DNA of 64,000 nt from an uncultured Rivularia sp. (GCA_963665115.1 OY762007.1:8416001-8480000); one strand, 5' to 3'; counted from the first letter of the stretch, positions 41,417-52,078 are shown. Numbers and translations: made by a program. The notes: a model not told the origin generated them from the letters alone.

Positions 41417-41543
41417 GTAGGGTGTATTGTTGTCACGGGAGCAACGTACCATTAAACCAAGAACAATAAAACGGTGCGTTAAACGGCAAACATAATTATT
41501 TTGTCACAATCGAAATTCTCTGTCTCGCCATAACACACCCTAC
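41417..41543. repeat. REP/REPIN-like GTAG...CTAC element
   Basis: GTAGGGTGT ... ACACCCTAC ends with internal hairpins. Related sequence begins at 42194. Confidence 0.65.
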
Positions 41544-41627
41544 TAGTAAACGATTTCAATTGCCGGGTATTTATATTATAAAAGTGTATTATAAAAGGTA
41601 GTTTACCTCAAAGTTATTAAGAGATTT

Positions 41628-42194
41628 ATGGCATATCTTTGGTTTAAATCATTTCACATTATTGGTGTTGTAGCATGGTTTGCAGGCTTATTTTATTTAC
41701 CACGACTCTTCATTTACCACATTGAAGCCGAAGAACGTCAAGAACCTGTAAAAAGCGCTTTAAAAGAAGAATATAATCGTATAGAGAAACTGCTGTATAA
41801 ATTAATTATGATGCCAGCAATGATATTTACAATTGTTATGGCGATCGCAATTATTTCGACTGAGCCAGATATATTAAAACAAACTTGGCTACATATAAAA
41901 CTTTTCTTCGTAGCATTGTTAGTCGGATTTCATTTTTACTGTGGAAGATTAATTCGTCAGTTGGAGACAGAAACTTGCTCTATCAACAGTTTACAAATGC
42001 GACGAATTAATGAAATACCTACTATTTTACTTGGATTAGTAGTGCTGCTAGCGATTTTTAAAAATACCTTACCAACAAGCATCGCAGCTTGGGGAACAGC
42101 AATAGTAATTTCTATTTTTGCAATTATTATTCAACTTTACGCACGCAAACGGCGCTTACAAAAACAAGAAGAATTAAACATTTCTAGTAGCTAG
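41628..42194 (+). CDS. hemJ: Protoporphyrinogen IX oxidase HemJ
   Basis: WFKSFHIIGVVAWFAGLFYLPRLFIYH, WLHIKL, NEIPT. Confidence 0.93.
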   Translation: MAYLWFKSFHIIGVVAWFAGLFYLPRLFIYHIEAEERQEPVKSALKEEYNRIEKLLYKLIMMPAMIFTIVMAIAIISTEPDILKQTWLHIKLFFVALLVGFHFYCGRLIRQLETETCSINSLQMRRINEIPTILLGLVVLLAIFKNTLPTSIAAWGTAIVISIFAIIIQLYARKRRLQKQEELNISSS

Positions 42195-42394
42195 TAGGAT
42201 GTGTTGCTTGCAGCAAGCAACGAACCATTAAATTCAAAATCATAAAACGCTGCGTTAAGTACGAAACAGATGTATTTCTTCATAATCCGCCGAATCACTT
42301 TATAACCCCTGCCACGGTGGGTTTTGCCTGTGTAGCAGCGAAGCGCGTAGCGTGCCCGGAGGGCATATTGAATCGCCAGGTATATAAAATTTTC

Positions 42395-42537
42395 GGCGTT
42401 GCTGATTAAAAGTATGAATTGCCCCCCAACCCCCAATTATGGGGGAGAAATATATTTTAAAGTCCCCCATAATTGGGGGATTTAGGGGGCTGCTCCTAGA
42501 TAGTAATAACAAATTCATATCTCAATTCAGCAACGCC
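42395..42537. mobile_element. 143-bp MITE with an 8-bp target-site duplication
   Basis: TIRs GGCGTTGCTGATTAAAAGTATGAATT and GGCGTTGCTGAATTGAGATATGAATT. AAATTTTC at 42387-42394 and 42538-42545. Confidence 0.88.
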
Positions 42538-42565
42538 AAATTTTCTAATTCAATTCCTAACAAAT

Positions 42566-42991
42566 CTAATGTAAAGGTACGCTGGCAATAAGAGGACAAA
42601 CTTCTTCCTGCTTTAATGTAGGTTTGGAGCTATCTGCCCAAATCGCACGATATTCTTCTAATTCCGCTTTAAACAGAGTCATTTGCTTGATTTGGATTGC
42701 TAATTGTTCTATCTTACTATTTAATAAACTTTGTACTAAATCGCAAGGAATTTCACCACCGTTACGAACGTCAAGAATTTGTTTGATTTCTTCTAATGTA
42801 AATCCCAGAGCCTGAGCTTTCTTGATAAATTGTACTTGCTCGGAGGCATTCGCAGCATAATATCTATAGCCGTTGTCCCCTCTCTGTACGGGTTGCAAAA
42901 GTCCTATATCGCTGTAATAACGTAAAGTTCCAACAGTTAAACCTGTTTGCTTGGCTAATTCTCCAATTTTTAAATAGGCTAATTTATTCAT
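42566..42991 (-). CDS. MerR-family heavy-metal-responsive regulator
   Basis: IGELAK, TLRYY, NGYRYY, GFTLEEI, PC and VCPLI cysteines. Confidence 0.93.
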   Translation of the reverse strand: MNKLAYLKIGELAKQTGLTVGTLRYYSDIGLLQPVQRGDNGYRYYAANASEQVQFIKKAQALGFTLEEIKQILDVRNGGEIPCDLVQSLLNSKIEQLAIQIKQMTLFKAELEEYRAIWADSSKPTLKQEEVCPLIASVPLH

Positions 42992-43020
42992 AGTTTTTTA
43001 CTGCCTACTACTACTTCTGA

Positions 43021-43052
43021 ATCATAAACTCTTTAGTTAACTGTAGAGTCAA
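43021..43052 (-). promoter_or_regulatory. MerR/ZntR-type elongated promoter-operator
   Basis: Minus strand TTGACT-N20-TATGAT containing the dyad ACTCTacAGTT/AACTaaAGAGT. Confidence 0.8.
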
Positions 43053-43070
43053 GTCAATTTTGGATTTTTA

Positions 43071-43145
43071 TTACAATCTCGGTATCATTTGCACCATATC
43101 GCTGCTCAAGCAAGCAGTAGCGCAATTTTCACAATCTTTCAAACA
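43071..43145 (-). pseudogene. Fragment of a Cys-rich four-helix-bundle copper-storage protein (Csp/DUF326-like)
   Basis: CLKDCENCATACLSSDMVQM (Cx3Cx2Cx3C). Confidence 0.6.
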
Positions 43146-43493
43146 AAATACTCGCTGCTGCTGTCCCCCAGATAATTCGCCAATTTGACGAAAACGAAGT
43201 TCCCACATTCCCACTCTTTCCAACGCAGACTTAACTATTTGCTGCGATTTACAATTTGGCTTGCGAAACCAACCCGTATTTGCAGTACGAGCCATCATCA
43301 CCACCCCAAGTACCGTTATCGGATAATCCCAATCTACTTGAGTTCTTTGAGGTACGTAAGCAATCGAACTTAATTGTTTTTTGATAGAACAGTTACAAAA
43401 TTTAATAGTTCCACTCGCAACTGGGATTAAGCCCAATATTGCTTTCACCAAAGTGCTTTTACCAGCGCCATTCGGCCCGATTACACCAACCAT
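43146..43493 (-). pseudogene. Internal fragment of a Mn/Zn ABC ATPase (MntA/ZnuC-like)
   Basis: GPNGAGKST, YVPQR..VDWDYP, LSGGQQQRVF. Walker B is lost. Confidence 0.88.
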
Positions 43494-43767
43494 CTGTCCA
43501 TTACAGGATTAACTTTGGCTATCGGTTTAATTAGCTGTGGTGGGACTCCATCCGTTAATTCCGATTTGGGAATAGAAGAAAAATCTACTGTAAATACTAG
43601 CGAAATAGCTACGGCAAAGCGTCCATTAATTGTGGCGACAACAAGCGTACTTTGCGACTTAACCAAACAAGTAGCCGCAGGGTACTGATGCAAATACTTA
43701 TCAGAAAATGCTGGTTACAAATACTAAAGCCATAGTGGAAGGTTTGGGAGGGAAATATACCCGGTGA
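43494..43767 (+). pseudogene. Internally deleted Mn/Zn-binding lipoprotein (MntC/ZnuA-like)
   Basis: GLISC lipobox and IVATTSVLCDLTKQVA, joined out of frame to the C-terminal TYQKMLVTNTKAIVEGLGG. Confidence 0.8.
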
Positions 43768-43801
43768 TTTAGCTAAGCCTCAATTGGTCTGAGTAATACT
43801 T

Positions 43802-43917
43802 ATACCATTTCTTTATAAAGATGCGCCGAATTAAGCCCACGTAGGTGAGCTTTGTTGCTATAGCCTCAGCCTTCTAGGCTGTGGGTGATTAAGCGCAGCC
43901 TCATACAGAATTGGTAT
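43802..43917. mobile_element. MITE-like element
   Basis: TIRs ATACCATTTCTTTATAAAGATGCGC and ATACCAATTCTGTATGAGGCTGCGC. Confidence 0.65.
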
Positions 43918-44156
43918 TAGTATCACGCAAGACCGAGAAAAGCCTGCGCGAGGTATGGGATGGTGGAAACAGCGAAAGCCTCTTTGTAATGAAGGGGATA
44001 GAGGTTGAGAAAACAACATTATCTCACGATGAAAATTCTGCCGAATTCCACTTGGTCTTAGACGGAAAAGGAATCTTCTATGAGCAGTAGGCTTGGCAAC
44101 AAGATTGCGACCTCTTCGCCGGTGTCAACGTCCTGCGGGCACGAAACACGGTCAGC

Positions 44157-44187
44157 AAAAAGCCGGGGGTCATGCCCCGGCTTTTTT
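44157..44187 (-). terminator. Intrinsic terminator after sbtB
   Basis: AAAAAGCCGGGG-GTCATG-CCCCGGCTTTTT. Confidence 0.85.
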
Positions 44188-44211
44188 GGTTTGTTCGGCT
44201 GGGTTTTGAGT

Positions 44212-44559
<348 letters not shown>

Positions 44560-44668
44560 CTACATAGAAACTCAGTAAAACGGCAGCACCGCGCGCTATC
44601 ACGCCGATCTAGCCGCCGCATTGGTCGCCGGGCTAGGGGAATACCGATAGACCGCGACCCGTCTGGGT

Positions 44669-45796
44669 TCAGCTGCCCATCAGCGCCTGGGCGAGCCCGA
44701 TGAAGAGCGGTATTCCTATGGCAAGCGCAACCGGCGTGCCGACGGCTGTGGACGCGCCGATGTAGGCGGAGGGATTGGCCGACGGGATACCGGCTCGTAA
44801 AGTGGGCGGTCCTGAGATGTCTGAACTGGAGGCGGCGATGACGGCCAGAATCACGACCCCGCCAGGGCTGAAACCCGTGGCAATGTGGGCAATCCAGCCG
44901 AAACCGAAGGCTATGATCCCATGCAGCAGCGGCCCCACAAAGGCATATAGGGCGTACCACTGCCCCACCTTACGCAGCTCGCCGATCCTTGCGGTTGCCT
45001 CCATACCCATTACCAGCATCAGTATTGAAAGCAGGCCGCGGAAAAGGGGATTGAAGAAGCTCTCATAGACACTTTCCGGCCGGGTTAGCACGCCTAGAGC
45101 GAGGCCGAGCAGCAGTGCCGAAAGGGCAGAACCCTGGAGGCTTTCCTTCACAATGGGCCATATCTTGACCCTCTTGCCTGCGGTACCGCCTTGCTTTTTG
45201 GGATACCCGCTTGCCGTAATGCCTTGGTTGCTGCCGCCATACTTAACTAAGGTACCGCCCCGCTTGCTGAGATACTCCTGCTTGCTGAGATATTCGTCTG
45301 CGGTATCGCGCTGCTTACTGGTATAAATGCTGGCTAAAACGATCGCAGTCACGAGTGCTGGGATGTCCATGAAGGGATAGAGTGCGGCGGCCCAGGGCTC
45401 GTATTTGATACTTTCCGTTTCCAGTAGCGTCAGGGCCGCGGCGAGGGTAGAGCCACTCACGGCACCGAACAAGCCTGCGGTCGCAATGGCATCTACGGTT
45501 TTGACACCCGGCAGCTTTGCCAACGTGTAGCGTCCGATGAACACGATAAGGATTCCCACTACCATTGCGAACACCGCAGGCAACAGCATCTCTACTAGAT
45601 TGGCATTGCGGATCGCAATGCCGCCGCTCAGACCGACTTTTATGAGCAGCATGAAGACGATGAACTTATAGATCGGATCTGGAACTGCCAGTCGGCTATT
45701 GAAGGCGGCAACGATCATACCACCAATCAGAAAGCCGAGTGTCGGGGACTGCAACTTCCCTAGGAAGAGCGTCAAGAAATCGGACAAGAAATCCAC
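44669..45796 (-). CDS. sbtA: Na+-dependent bicarbonate transporter SbtA
   Basis: QSPTLGFLIGG, GLFGAVSGST, YPFMDIPA, ASSSDISGPPT. Confidence 0.95.
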   Translation of the reverse strand: MDFLSDFLTLFLGKLQSPTLGFLIGGMIVAAFNSRLAVPDPIYKFIVFMLLIKVGLSGGIAIRNANLVEMLLPAVFAMVVGILIVFIGRYTLAKLPGVKTVDAIATAGLFGAVSGSTLAAALTLLETESIKYEPWAAALYPFMDIPALVTAIVLASIYTSKQRDTADEYLSKQEYLSKRGGTLVKYGGSNQGITASGYPKKQGGTAGKRVKIWPIVKESLQGSALSALLLGLALGVLTRPESVYESFFNPLFRGLLSILMLVMGMEATARIGELRKVGQWYALYAFVGPLLHGIIAFGFGWIAHIATGFSPGGVVILAVIAASSSDISGPPTLRAGIPSANPSAYIGASTAVGTPVALAIGIPLFIGLAQALMGS

Positions 45797-45994
45797 TTAG
45801 TAATTCTCCTTAATCAGGTCTTAGGGGTCAGGACGGCAGGCAAGCGTAGCCTCGAATCTCGTGTGGCAGTAATGAACGGCACCTCTGTCACTCCATCGTT
45901 CACTTTGTTTAGGATTTCCAAAATTTGATCCAGTCCAATGTAAACGTTGCTTTAAAAAGCGATACCAATGGTCAACGGTAAAGCGACGCAAAAG

Positions 45995-46333
45995 ACACCT
46001 CCTCCTCTTTGAGAGCCAATAGTGACGTTATCTCTAGCTCATGCCCAGCTTGCCTGTTTGGATATCTGCACGTCGTCGTTGATGCAATAATATTTAGCAA
46101 AAAAGCCTTTTTCCTTGGCAACAACGCAGCAGCAGCAACTTCAACTATCGGGATATAACTTAAAGCCACTTTCGTAGTTTCAGACCTCCTCATTTCGACT
46201 GCTACTTGTTCTGTAGCAGTCGTTTCTCCAGGCTCTAGAGGATTGCCATAAGCTTTAAGTAGCATTGCACTTACCCCAGAAAAGCAGCATTCCTTAAGAA
46301 TTTGCGACGGGAAAATTGAGAAAAATTGGACAT
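45995..46333 (-). pseudogene. cmpA: Decayed 5' end of the bicarbonate-binding protein gene of the BCT1 ABC transporter
   Basis: Across frameshifts: MSNFSQFSRRKFL (Tat-like), GNPLEPG, ETTKVALSYIPIVE, VAKEKGFFAKY...VQISKQASWA*ARDNVTIGSQ. YIPIVE points to CmpA rather than NrtA (FIALTD). Confidence 0.85.
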
Positions 46334-46706
46334 AGTATCTCTTAATTACTCCATTTTTAGTTTGGATAGATTAATTAAATAAGCTTAGAAAAAATAGCTA
46401 ATAAAATTACACGATCTTTAATTATGAGACTAATAAATTTCTCTTAACTGGGGATTGAATATTAAATTAGCTATATCGGAAATTAAACTCAAAATAAGTT
46501 TTTTAAATTAATCTTTTCCTATGTGTACTGAATTCTATCATGATTTAAATATTATAAATTCTTAGCTGTTATAGAAAAACTAATTAAGATCATTAATTTT
46601 TATTAATGATAAATTAAGTGTTGACAATTTTTTTATCGTAGTGTATAAGACTAAATTAATGAAAAAACAAAATTTACTAGTGGAGTAGGGTGCTTTACAG
46701 TTACAA

Positions 46707-47010
46707 CTGGAGTTTAGACTAAGCCATGAAAAAGGACCCCAGCAGGGCTAAGTTAATCTTCATATTTAGCAAAAGAATGAATGATAGAACCGTATTAAAC
46801 AGCAACTAATGGTTCTTTAGGGAATCGAGTTACTTTTTTTACAATAAAATATCTGTTTTTACGGGGACGCTTTTTACCTGGTTGCCAACTGGGTGACTTT
46901 CCGCGAGGTTTGGGCGCAGAGGCAGGAGTACCAATCACAACAAAAACTTCACTCATAGCTTGAGCAACTCAACGAGCCAATTTATCAATTGTGGATGAAT
47001 ATTGCTTTCA
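46707..47010 (-). mobile_element. 3' remnant of a cyanobacterial DDE transposase with a probable element end
   Basis: VAQAMSEVFVVIGTPASAPKPRGKSPSWQPGK. Terminal TAGTCTAAACTCCAG on the minus strand. Confidence 0.7.
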
Positions 47011-47145
47011 TATCGATAACGTAATGTTGGGTTACGACGCGATTAAATAGATTTTCTTTAATAATTCAAATTGCTTTTCGTGTCTAACCCAACCTACTAA
47101 CTAACGCCGATTACATAGCATATTATCATGCCATTTTTCTTGCGT

Positions 47146-47313
47146 TTACCCTGCTTGATACGCAAGGGATACTAAGTTAGATGGAGTGATATTTCTTTGA
47201 ACTTGATTCTGGGTTAAATTAGAATTTGCAGCAGTTTTATTCGGCATAGCAGGTGGTGTAGCAGTAGTTGCAATTAAAAATGTTCCAAGAGTTGCAAGTA
47301 ATAAACGCTCCAT
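47146..47313 (-). pseudogene. Truncated exported cyanobacterial hypothetical protein
   Basis: Signal peptide MERLLLATLG... followed by ITPSNLVSLAYQ and an immediate stop. Confidence 0.5.
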
Positions 47314-47430
47314 GATTTTTCTCCGATATTTAGTAAGTGTGTATGAATCAATTTGTTTTCCTTGATTTCTATAATGCTGTATCCACCTGAGACAGCAATA
47401 AATGCTAAATGAGAAGTCAGTAGGAGGTTT

Positions 47431-47976
47431 ATGAGAAATATGAATGATTCTTCTCCACCACAGCGCATTTGTGTAATCGGTACTAGCGGTGCTGGTAAAA
47501 CAACTTTGGCTCTTCAAGTTGCTCAAAAGCTGATGATTCCCCATTTCGAGTTAGATTCCCTTTTCTGGGAACCCAATTGGGTAATAGCACCTACGGATGT
47601 CTTCCGTCGTCGTGTGGAAGAATTTTTGGTTGGTAATAATTGGATTGTTGACGGTAATTACAGTAAAGTGCGCGATATCGTTTGGGGAAACGCCGATACT
47701 CTTATTTGGCTGGATTTTTCTTTTCCCGTGGTGATGAGTCGCATTATATGGCGAACTTTTCGTAGAGTAGCGACTCAGCAACAAGTCTGCAATGGTAATT
47801 ATGAAACTTGGGAAAAAGTTTTTTCAAAAGAATCCATTCTGTTATGGGCACTGCAAACCTATTGGAAACGCAAAAGAGAATATCCGATCTTAATTAGTAA
47901 ACCAGAATATTCGCATCTTAATATAGTGCGGTTGTCTTCTCCAAAAGCTGCGGAAGATTGGTTATCAAGTTTGTGA
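47431..47976 (+). CDS. Adenylate-kinase-like / FlaR-family P-loop protein
   Basis: IGTSGAGKTT, ELDSLFWEPNW, WIVDGNY. Confidence 0.9.
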   Translation: MRNMNDSSPPQRICVIGTSGAGKTTLALQVAQKLMIPHFELDSLFWEPNWVIAPTDVFRRRVEEFLVGNNWIVDGNYSKVRDIVWGNADTLIWLDFSFPVVMSRIIWRTFRRVATQQQVCNGNYETWEKVFSKESILLWALQTYWKRKREYPILISKPEYSHLNIVRLSSPKAAEDWLSSL

Positions 47977-48143
47977 AACCTCTCCCTCGCTAATCTCTTC
48001 CTCTCCTTAATAAGGAGAGGGCTGGGGTGAGGTACATTTTAGTGTACGTCACGGCTACCTTAGCGCGCCATCGAGTGTTGGAAAATTAGGAATTTAAAAA
48101 ACCGCGGAGAGCGCTGAGGGAAGAGATGGAGAGGAATGGTTAT

Positions 48144-48719
48144 TTAAAAACTATTAGAAACTCGAAACCAATACCAATCCCCATACAAACGAAATAATTG
48201 ATAGCCAGAACTCCCAAATGAGCTTTGTTTACGATTGGGTTGATAAGTAAAACCATAGGAAACTACATCGAAACCGATAATTCCATCACTACGCGAAGTA
48301 ATATTAAAATATTTATTACCACTAGCATCGGTTGTATATTTATCTACTTTATAAAAGCTAAAACGCCGATTGAATGTTATTTTTTCATCCACTATGATTT
48401 GTTCAAATGCCGATTGCGATGTCATAAATGCCAAACGACGGGGAATGTATAATTTAAGCACGATCGAAGAAATGAGCAGTATTCCAGCAATAATTCTAAT
48501 AAGTTTCCAGGGAAGCGCGATATTTCTCAATATTCCCCGTCTTTTTAAAACTATCAATGTAAAAATACCAACGATTATAAATATTGGCATACAGATAATT
48601 GAAACCAATAAAATTGGAAACAATAAACTATCTATTGCACCAGGGTAAATACTAATAGAAAGAACTGCTATACAAATAACTAAAGTCACAAATAATATTA
48701 TCTTATTAGTAATATTCAT
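48144..48719 (-). CDS. Hypothetical membrane protein
   Basis: Three hydrophobic segments; C-terminal YGF...GDWYWF. Confidence 0.75.
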   Translation of the reverse strand: MNITNKIILFVTLVICIAVLSISIYPGAIDSLLFPILLVSIICMPIFIIVGIFTLIVLKRRGILRNIALPWKLIRIIAGILLISSIVLKLYIPRRLAFMTSQSAFEQIIVDEKITFNRRFSFYKVDKYTTDASGNKYFNITSRSDGIIGFDVVSYGFTYQPNRKQSSFGSSGYQLFRLYGDWYWFRVSNSF

Positions 48720-48919
48720 GCAATAAAGAATTGATGATTTATTTTAATTTTTCGGAAGTAATTTATGCTCGTTCGCCAATATTTTTTATAATTATATTTG
48801 TAATTTAGTGTACGTTCAATGTCTATTTTTAATTAAGTATATTCACCTCGTCTCAAAAAAATATTCCCTAAGCTATACTTTAAAAGAGAATAAACCCCTT
48901 TAATTGTCAAACTCGAACC

Positions 48920-49951
48920 ATGCGAACAATAGTAGTTGGTGATATTCATGGCTGTTATCTAGAACTTCGTCAGCTACTAGATAAAGTGCAGCTTACCGAT
49001 GAAGATTGTTTGATTTCGTTGGGAGACATTGTAGATAGGGGTGCCGATTCGGTTAAGGTATATGATTTTCTCAGAAATCGTCCCAACACCATCGTTTTGA
49101 TGGGAAATCACGAACGCAAGCATCTACGTAATACTCTCTCCTACTCTCAGGAAATCGTTAAGTTACAATTTGGCGATCGCTACGAAGAATTTCTAGAATG
49201 GGCGAGCCATTTACCTTACTATCACGAAACTGATGAAGCAATTTTGGTTCATGCTGCTGTGGAAAATGAAATACCCATTGAAAAACAAGCAGAAGAAGTT
49301 TTATGCGGTTGTACTGCTGGTGAAAAGCATTTAAGTAAACGCTACGGAAATATATATTGGACTGAGTTATATAACGGTAAGAAACCAGTTATTTTTGGTC
49401 ATCATGTTGTTGGCGATCGCCCGTTGATAGTTGAGGGGAAGGTTTACGGTATCGATACTGGAGCCTGTCATGGGGCAAGATTAACCGGGTTAGTTTTACC
49501 CAGCTTTGAAACTTTTCAGGTACAGTCTCCTAAAGATTATTGGAAAGAAGAGTTGGCTAAATGGCAATTACCCGTGATGGTGGCTAAACCCTGGAAGACT
49601 TATAAATGGGACAAAATCAAAGCGATTTGCAATGATTTTAAGGATTCAAGAAATCCACAATTAACCGCTTTTTTAGTTAAGAAAGAGCGGTGGATGAACG
49701 ATTTACTTAGCAATGCTCCCAAAATAATTTTCAAGGTAGAAGAAAAATTAGCTGAATTAATTTCTCTTCACGGCGGCGATAATTTTAAAAAACAAGCTCG
49801 CAATTTTAGCTACGCACCCCTTTTATACAAAGCAAATTCTAACGGTATTACCAGCGATTTTCTCAAACAAACTTTGCGATCGCCTTATGAATGGTTGCAG
49901 GTAATGGAGGAATTGGGGGTAGATGGGGGGGATGGAGAGACAAGGGCATGA
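48920..49951 (+). CDS. PPP-family metallophosphoesterase
   Basis: GDIHG, GDIVDRG, GNHE, VHA, FGH, IDTG. Confidence 0.93.
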   Translation: MRTIVVGDIHGCYLELRQLLDKVQLTDEDCLISLGDIVDRGADSVKVYDFLRNRPNTIVLMGNHERKHLRNTLSYSQEIVKLQFGDRYEEFLEWASHLPYYHETDEAILVHAAVENEIPIEKQAEEVLCGCTAGEKHLSKRYGNIYWTELYNGKKPVIFGHHVVGDRPLIVEGKVYGIDTGACHGARLTGLVLPSFETFQVQSPKDYWKEELAKWQLPVMVAKPWKTYKWDKIKAICNDFKDSRNPQLTAFLVKKERWMNDLLSNAPKIIFKVEEKLAELISLHGGDNFKKQARNFSYAPLLYKANSNGITSDFLKQTLRSPYEWLQVMEELGVDGGDGETRA

Positions 49952-50104
49952 AGAGGTGAGAGAATTATGGGATTAAAAATCTACATTACTCCCTACTCCC
50001 TAATTACACTTAATTCTCTACAAAAATAAAAATAGGGGATTTTTCTCAGGTGGACTGTGAAAGACAGCAATTACAGTTGAGAAACATGGAAAAAAAGTAG
50101 GCTA

Positions 50105-50734
50105 ATGTTAATCAGAATCTCCTTAATATCTCTTATTTTTTTAATGCTTGTTAGCTGTCTTCATTCAGATGGAAGTAAGAACAATAGTCCAATAACTTCT
50201 AAACCGAGTATAGATTCAAAATCAAATAACCAGAAGATTGCTACAGGAAATACCAATCCACTCAATCATCTTGGTAACTTTATGACTTTAACGCCAACGG
50301 GACAAACTAATACTCTCAAGAATCCTCTTTATAAACTTCGTCTCTATGCAGATGGGAAGTTGGTTGATAGCTTTACAACCGTATCCGGACGAACGTTAAC
50401 ACAAACTAAAAACCGTCACCAAAGCGGAACTCAGGCTCCCTTACCTGATGGAAAATACACTGTCGCTAATTCTACAATTCCAGGTGCGATCGCCGAAGCG
50501 GGAGAGCATTTTCTACCTATACAAGCTACGTTTAAAACAGGACGTTCAGATTTAGGTTTTCACGTAGATCCGTCTTTTGAAAAAAGTAATGGAGAAGATG
50601 GAACAGCAGGATGCATCGGATTAAGCAGTAAAAAAGATTTAGATAAATTGTTGAGTTTTGTAGATACTTATAAACCTGAATTTCTCGATGTGCAAATTTT
50701 AGATAAGACTTATGCAGCCAAAGCTAAGAAGTAA
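50105..50734 (+). CDS. L,D-transpeptidase-fold lipoprotein
   Basis: Lipobox LVSC, PLPDGKY, and the His-Cys motif GFH...GTAGCIG. Confidence 0.78.
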   Translation: MLIRISLISLIFLMLVSCLHSDGSKNNSPITSKPSIDSKSNNQKIATGNTNPLNHLGNFMTLTPTGQTNTLKNPLYKLRLYADGKLVDSFTTVSGRTLTQTKNRHQSGTQAPLPDGKYTVANSTIPGAIAEAGEHFLPIQATFKTGRSDLGFHVDPSFEKSNGEDGTAGCIGLSSKKDLDKLLSFVDTYKPEFLDVQILDKTYAAKAKK

Positions 50735-50940
50735 TTTTACTTATTCAAAAAAATATTCAGAATCATCTCTAAGTATTTTTTTCGATAAAAATATATAAAC
50801 AACTTATAAATTTATCTTAACCATTTCGTTTAAATTATGATTCGTAGTAGCGCTTCAGCGCATCCTATCTACCAACCTTCCGTTCCCCATTTCCCATTTG
50901 CTTTTTTAAAAAAGTATTTCAGTAAAATGCAACTTAAATG

Positions 50941-51206
50941 TTATCGGGGAAGGTTTTAATTGATTGCAATAACTTTGAAATTCCCAAGGATTTTGCTTAT
51001 CCCCTTGTAAAACAATCTTTGGCTGAAAAGTTAGCCTTAGAGGTTCCGAAAGTTCGGATAGTCAAAGCATTTAACACATGGCGCAAGAATTATTTGAACT
51101 TGCACCGACACCGTTAAAAGATAATAACGTTTCTTGTTTTGTCGCGGGGGATGATGAGGAAGCAAGAAACATGGTGATGAAACTTGCGGAAGATATTGGA
51201 TTTAAA
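50941..51206 (+). pseudogene. Internal fragment of an NADPH-dependent F420-reductase-like oxidoreductase
   Basis: GKVLIDCNN, SLAEKL, IVKAFNT (frameshift), FVAGDDEEA, LAEDIGF. Confidence 0.78.
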
Positions 51207-51268
51207 CATCAGAGTGCGTAAGTCCTAAAACTGTACGGAACCACTGATATATATGGTTTTTAATCAAA

Positions 51269-51342
51269 TCGGAGCGGCGGGATTTGAACCCACGACCTCC
51301 ACTACCCCAAAGTGGCGCGCTACCAAGCTGCGCTACGCCCCG
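51269..51342 (-). tRNA. trnP: tRNA-Pro(GGG)
   Basis: CGGGGCGTAGCGCAGCTTGGTAGCGCGCCACTTTGGGGTAGTGGAGGTCGTGGGTTCAAATCCCGCCGCTCCGA folds as a cloverleaf with anticodon GGG. CCA is not encoded. Confidence 0.96.
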
Positions 51343-51473
51343 TAAATCGGATTGTATCTAACTCTAAAAAGTGGATTCTAAATTTTCCTTTGTGAAAATA
51401 TTAAATCCAGGGGTTTTAACCTTAGTATATTAACACAAAGTTGAAACTAGACAAGCATTTTATTCAAATTAAT

Positions 51474-51836
51474 TCAAAAAACATCGATCGTGGCTGCGGC
51501 TTGGATTAAATCTGGAACGGCAGCACAATCCCATTTACCTTCCGCGCAACGTCCTGAACTGATGATAAAACGTAAACTGTAGGCGTGGGGATAGCCTTCT
51601 ACTTCCATCCAGATTAAATTGCTTTCAGCTTCGCAAGCGATTTTTTCTTCATCCATCAATTCCGAAGCCATCTGTTGCATAGTCTCTGCAAGCTGCGCCA
51701 ATAGCCGACAAAAATCATTCAATTCAGCTTCCGTTAATTCCACAGCCCAATCATCCGTACCTACTAAGCCTTTGAATTCTGCTGCTGCTGGGTTAATGCC
51801 AATACGCCAGCCGTTTCCTTTTTTTAGTACGCGCAT
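51474..51836 (-). CDS. DUF1818 family protein
   Basis: GWRIG, LVGTDDWAVELT, ELMDEEKI, GRCAEGKW. Confidence 0.85.
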   Translation of the reverse strand: MRVLKKGNGWRIGINPAAAEFKGLVGTDDWAVELTEAELNDFCRLLAQLAETMQQMASELMDEEKIACEAESNLIWMEVEGYPHAYSLRFIISSGRCAEGKWDCAAVPDLIQAAATIDVF

Positions 51837-51974
51837 GGGGGGGAATGGGGAGAGAGAGGGGGTAGAGGGAGTAGAAAAATAGTTAATTCTTGATTTGAAT
51901 TTAAAATCAAATCTAAAACTCCTGTATTATTCGTAACAAGTTAAGGAAAAGCAGGAATTGTCAAGGGCAAAGGA

Positions 51975-52078
51975 AAAGGTGATACAGCTTCTTTTTGAAA
52001 ATGTTTTAAGTTAGAAGTAAAAATTATGCCAGATTGAGCAATTATTGCAGCTGCGACAACATGGCGATCGCCTTCATC
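51975..52078 (-). pseudogene. C-terminal fragment of a PIN-domain protein
   Basis: DEGDRHVVAAAIIAQSGIIFTSNLKHFQKEAVSPF. Confidence 0.7.

Larger units (their letters stand above)
38527..41420 (+). pseudogene. Carbon-nitrogen hydrolase (nitrilase superfamily) interrupted by an IS66-family element
   Basis: FPEC, YRK and ICND catalytic motifs lie before the IS. Removing the IS and one TSD gives YPYAANQLAKQGAKILFYP in frame. Confidence 0.9.

Noticed and set aside
45972..46265. 97-aa hypothetical CDS
   Set aside because: It is one frame of the decayed cmpA.
46334..46660. Specific CmpR/NdhR binding sites
   Set aside because: T-N11-A-type patterns are too frequent in such AT-rich DNA to call individually.
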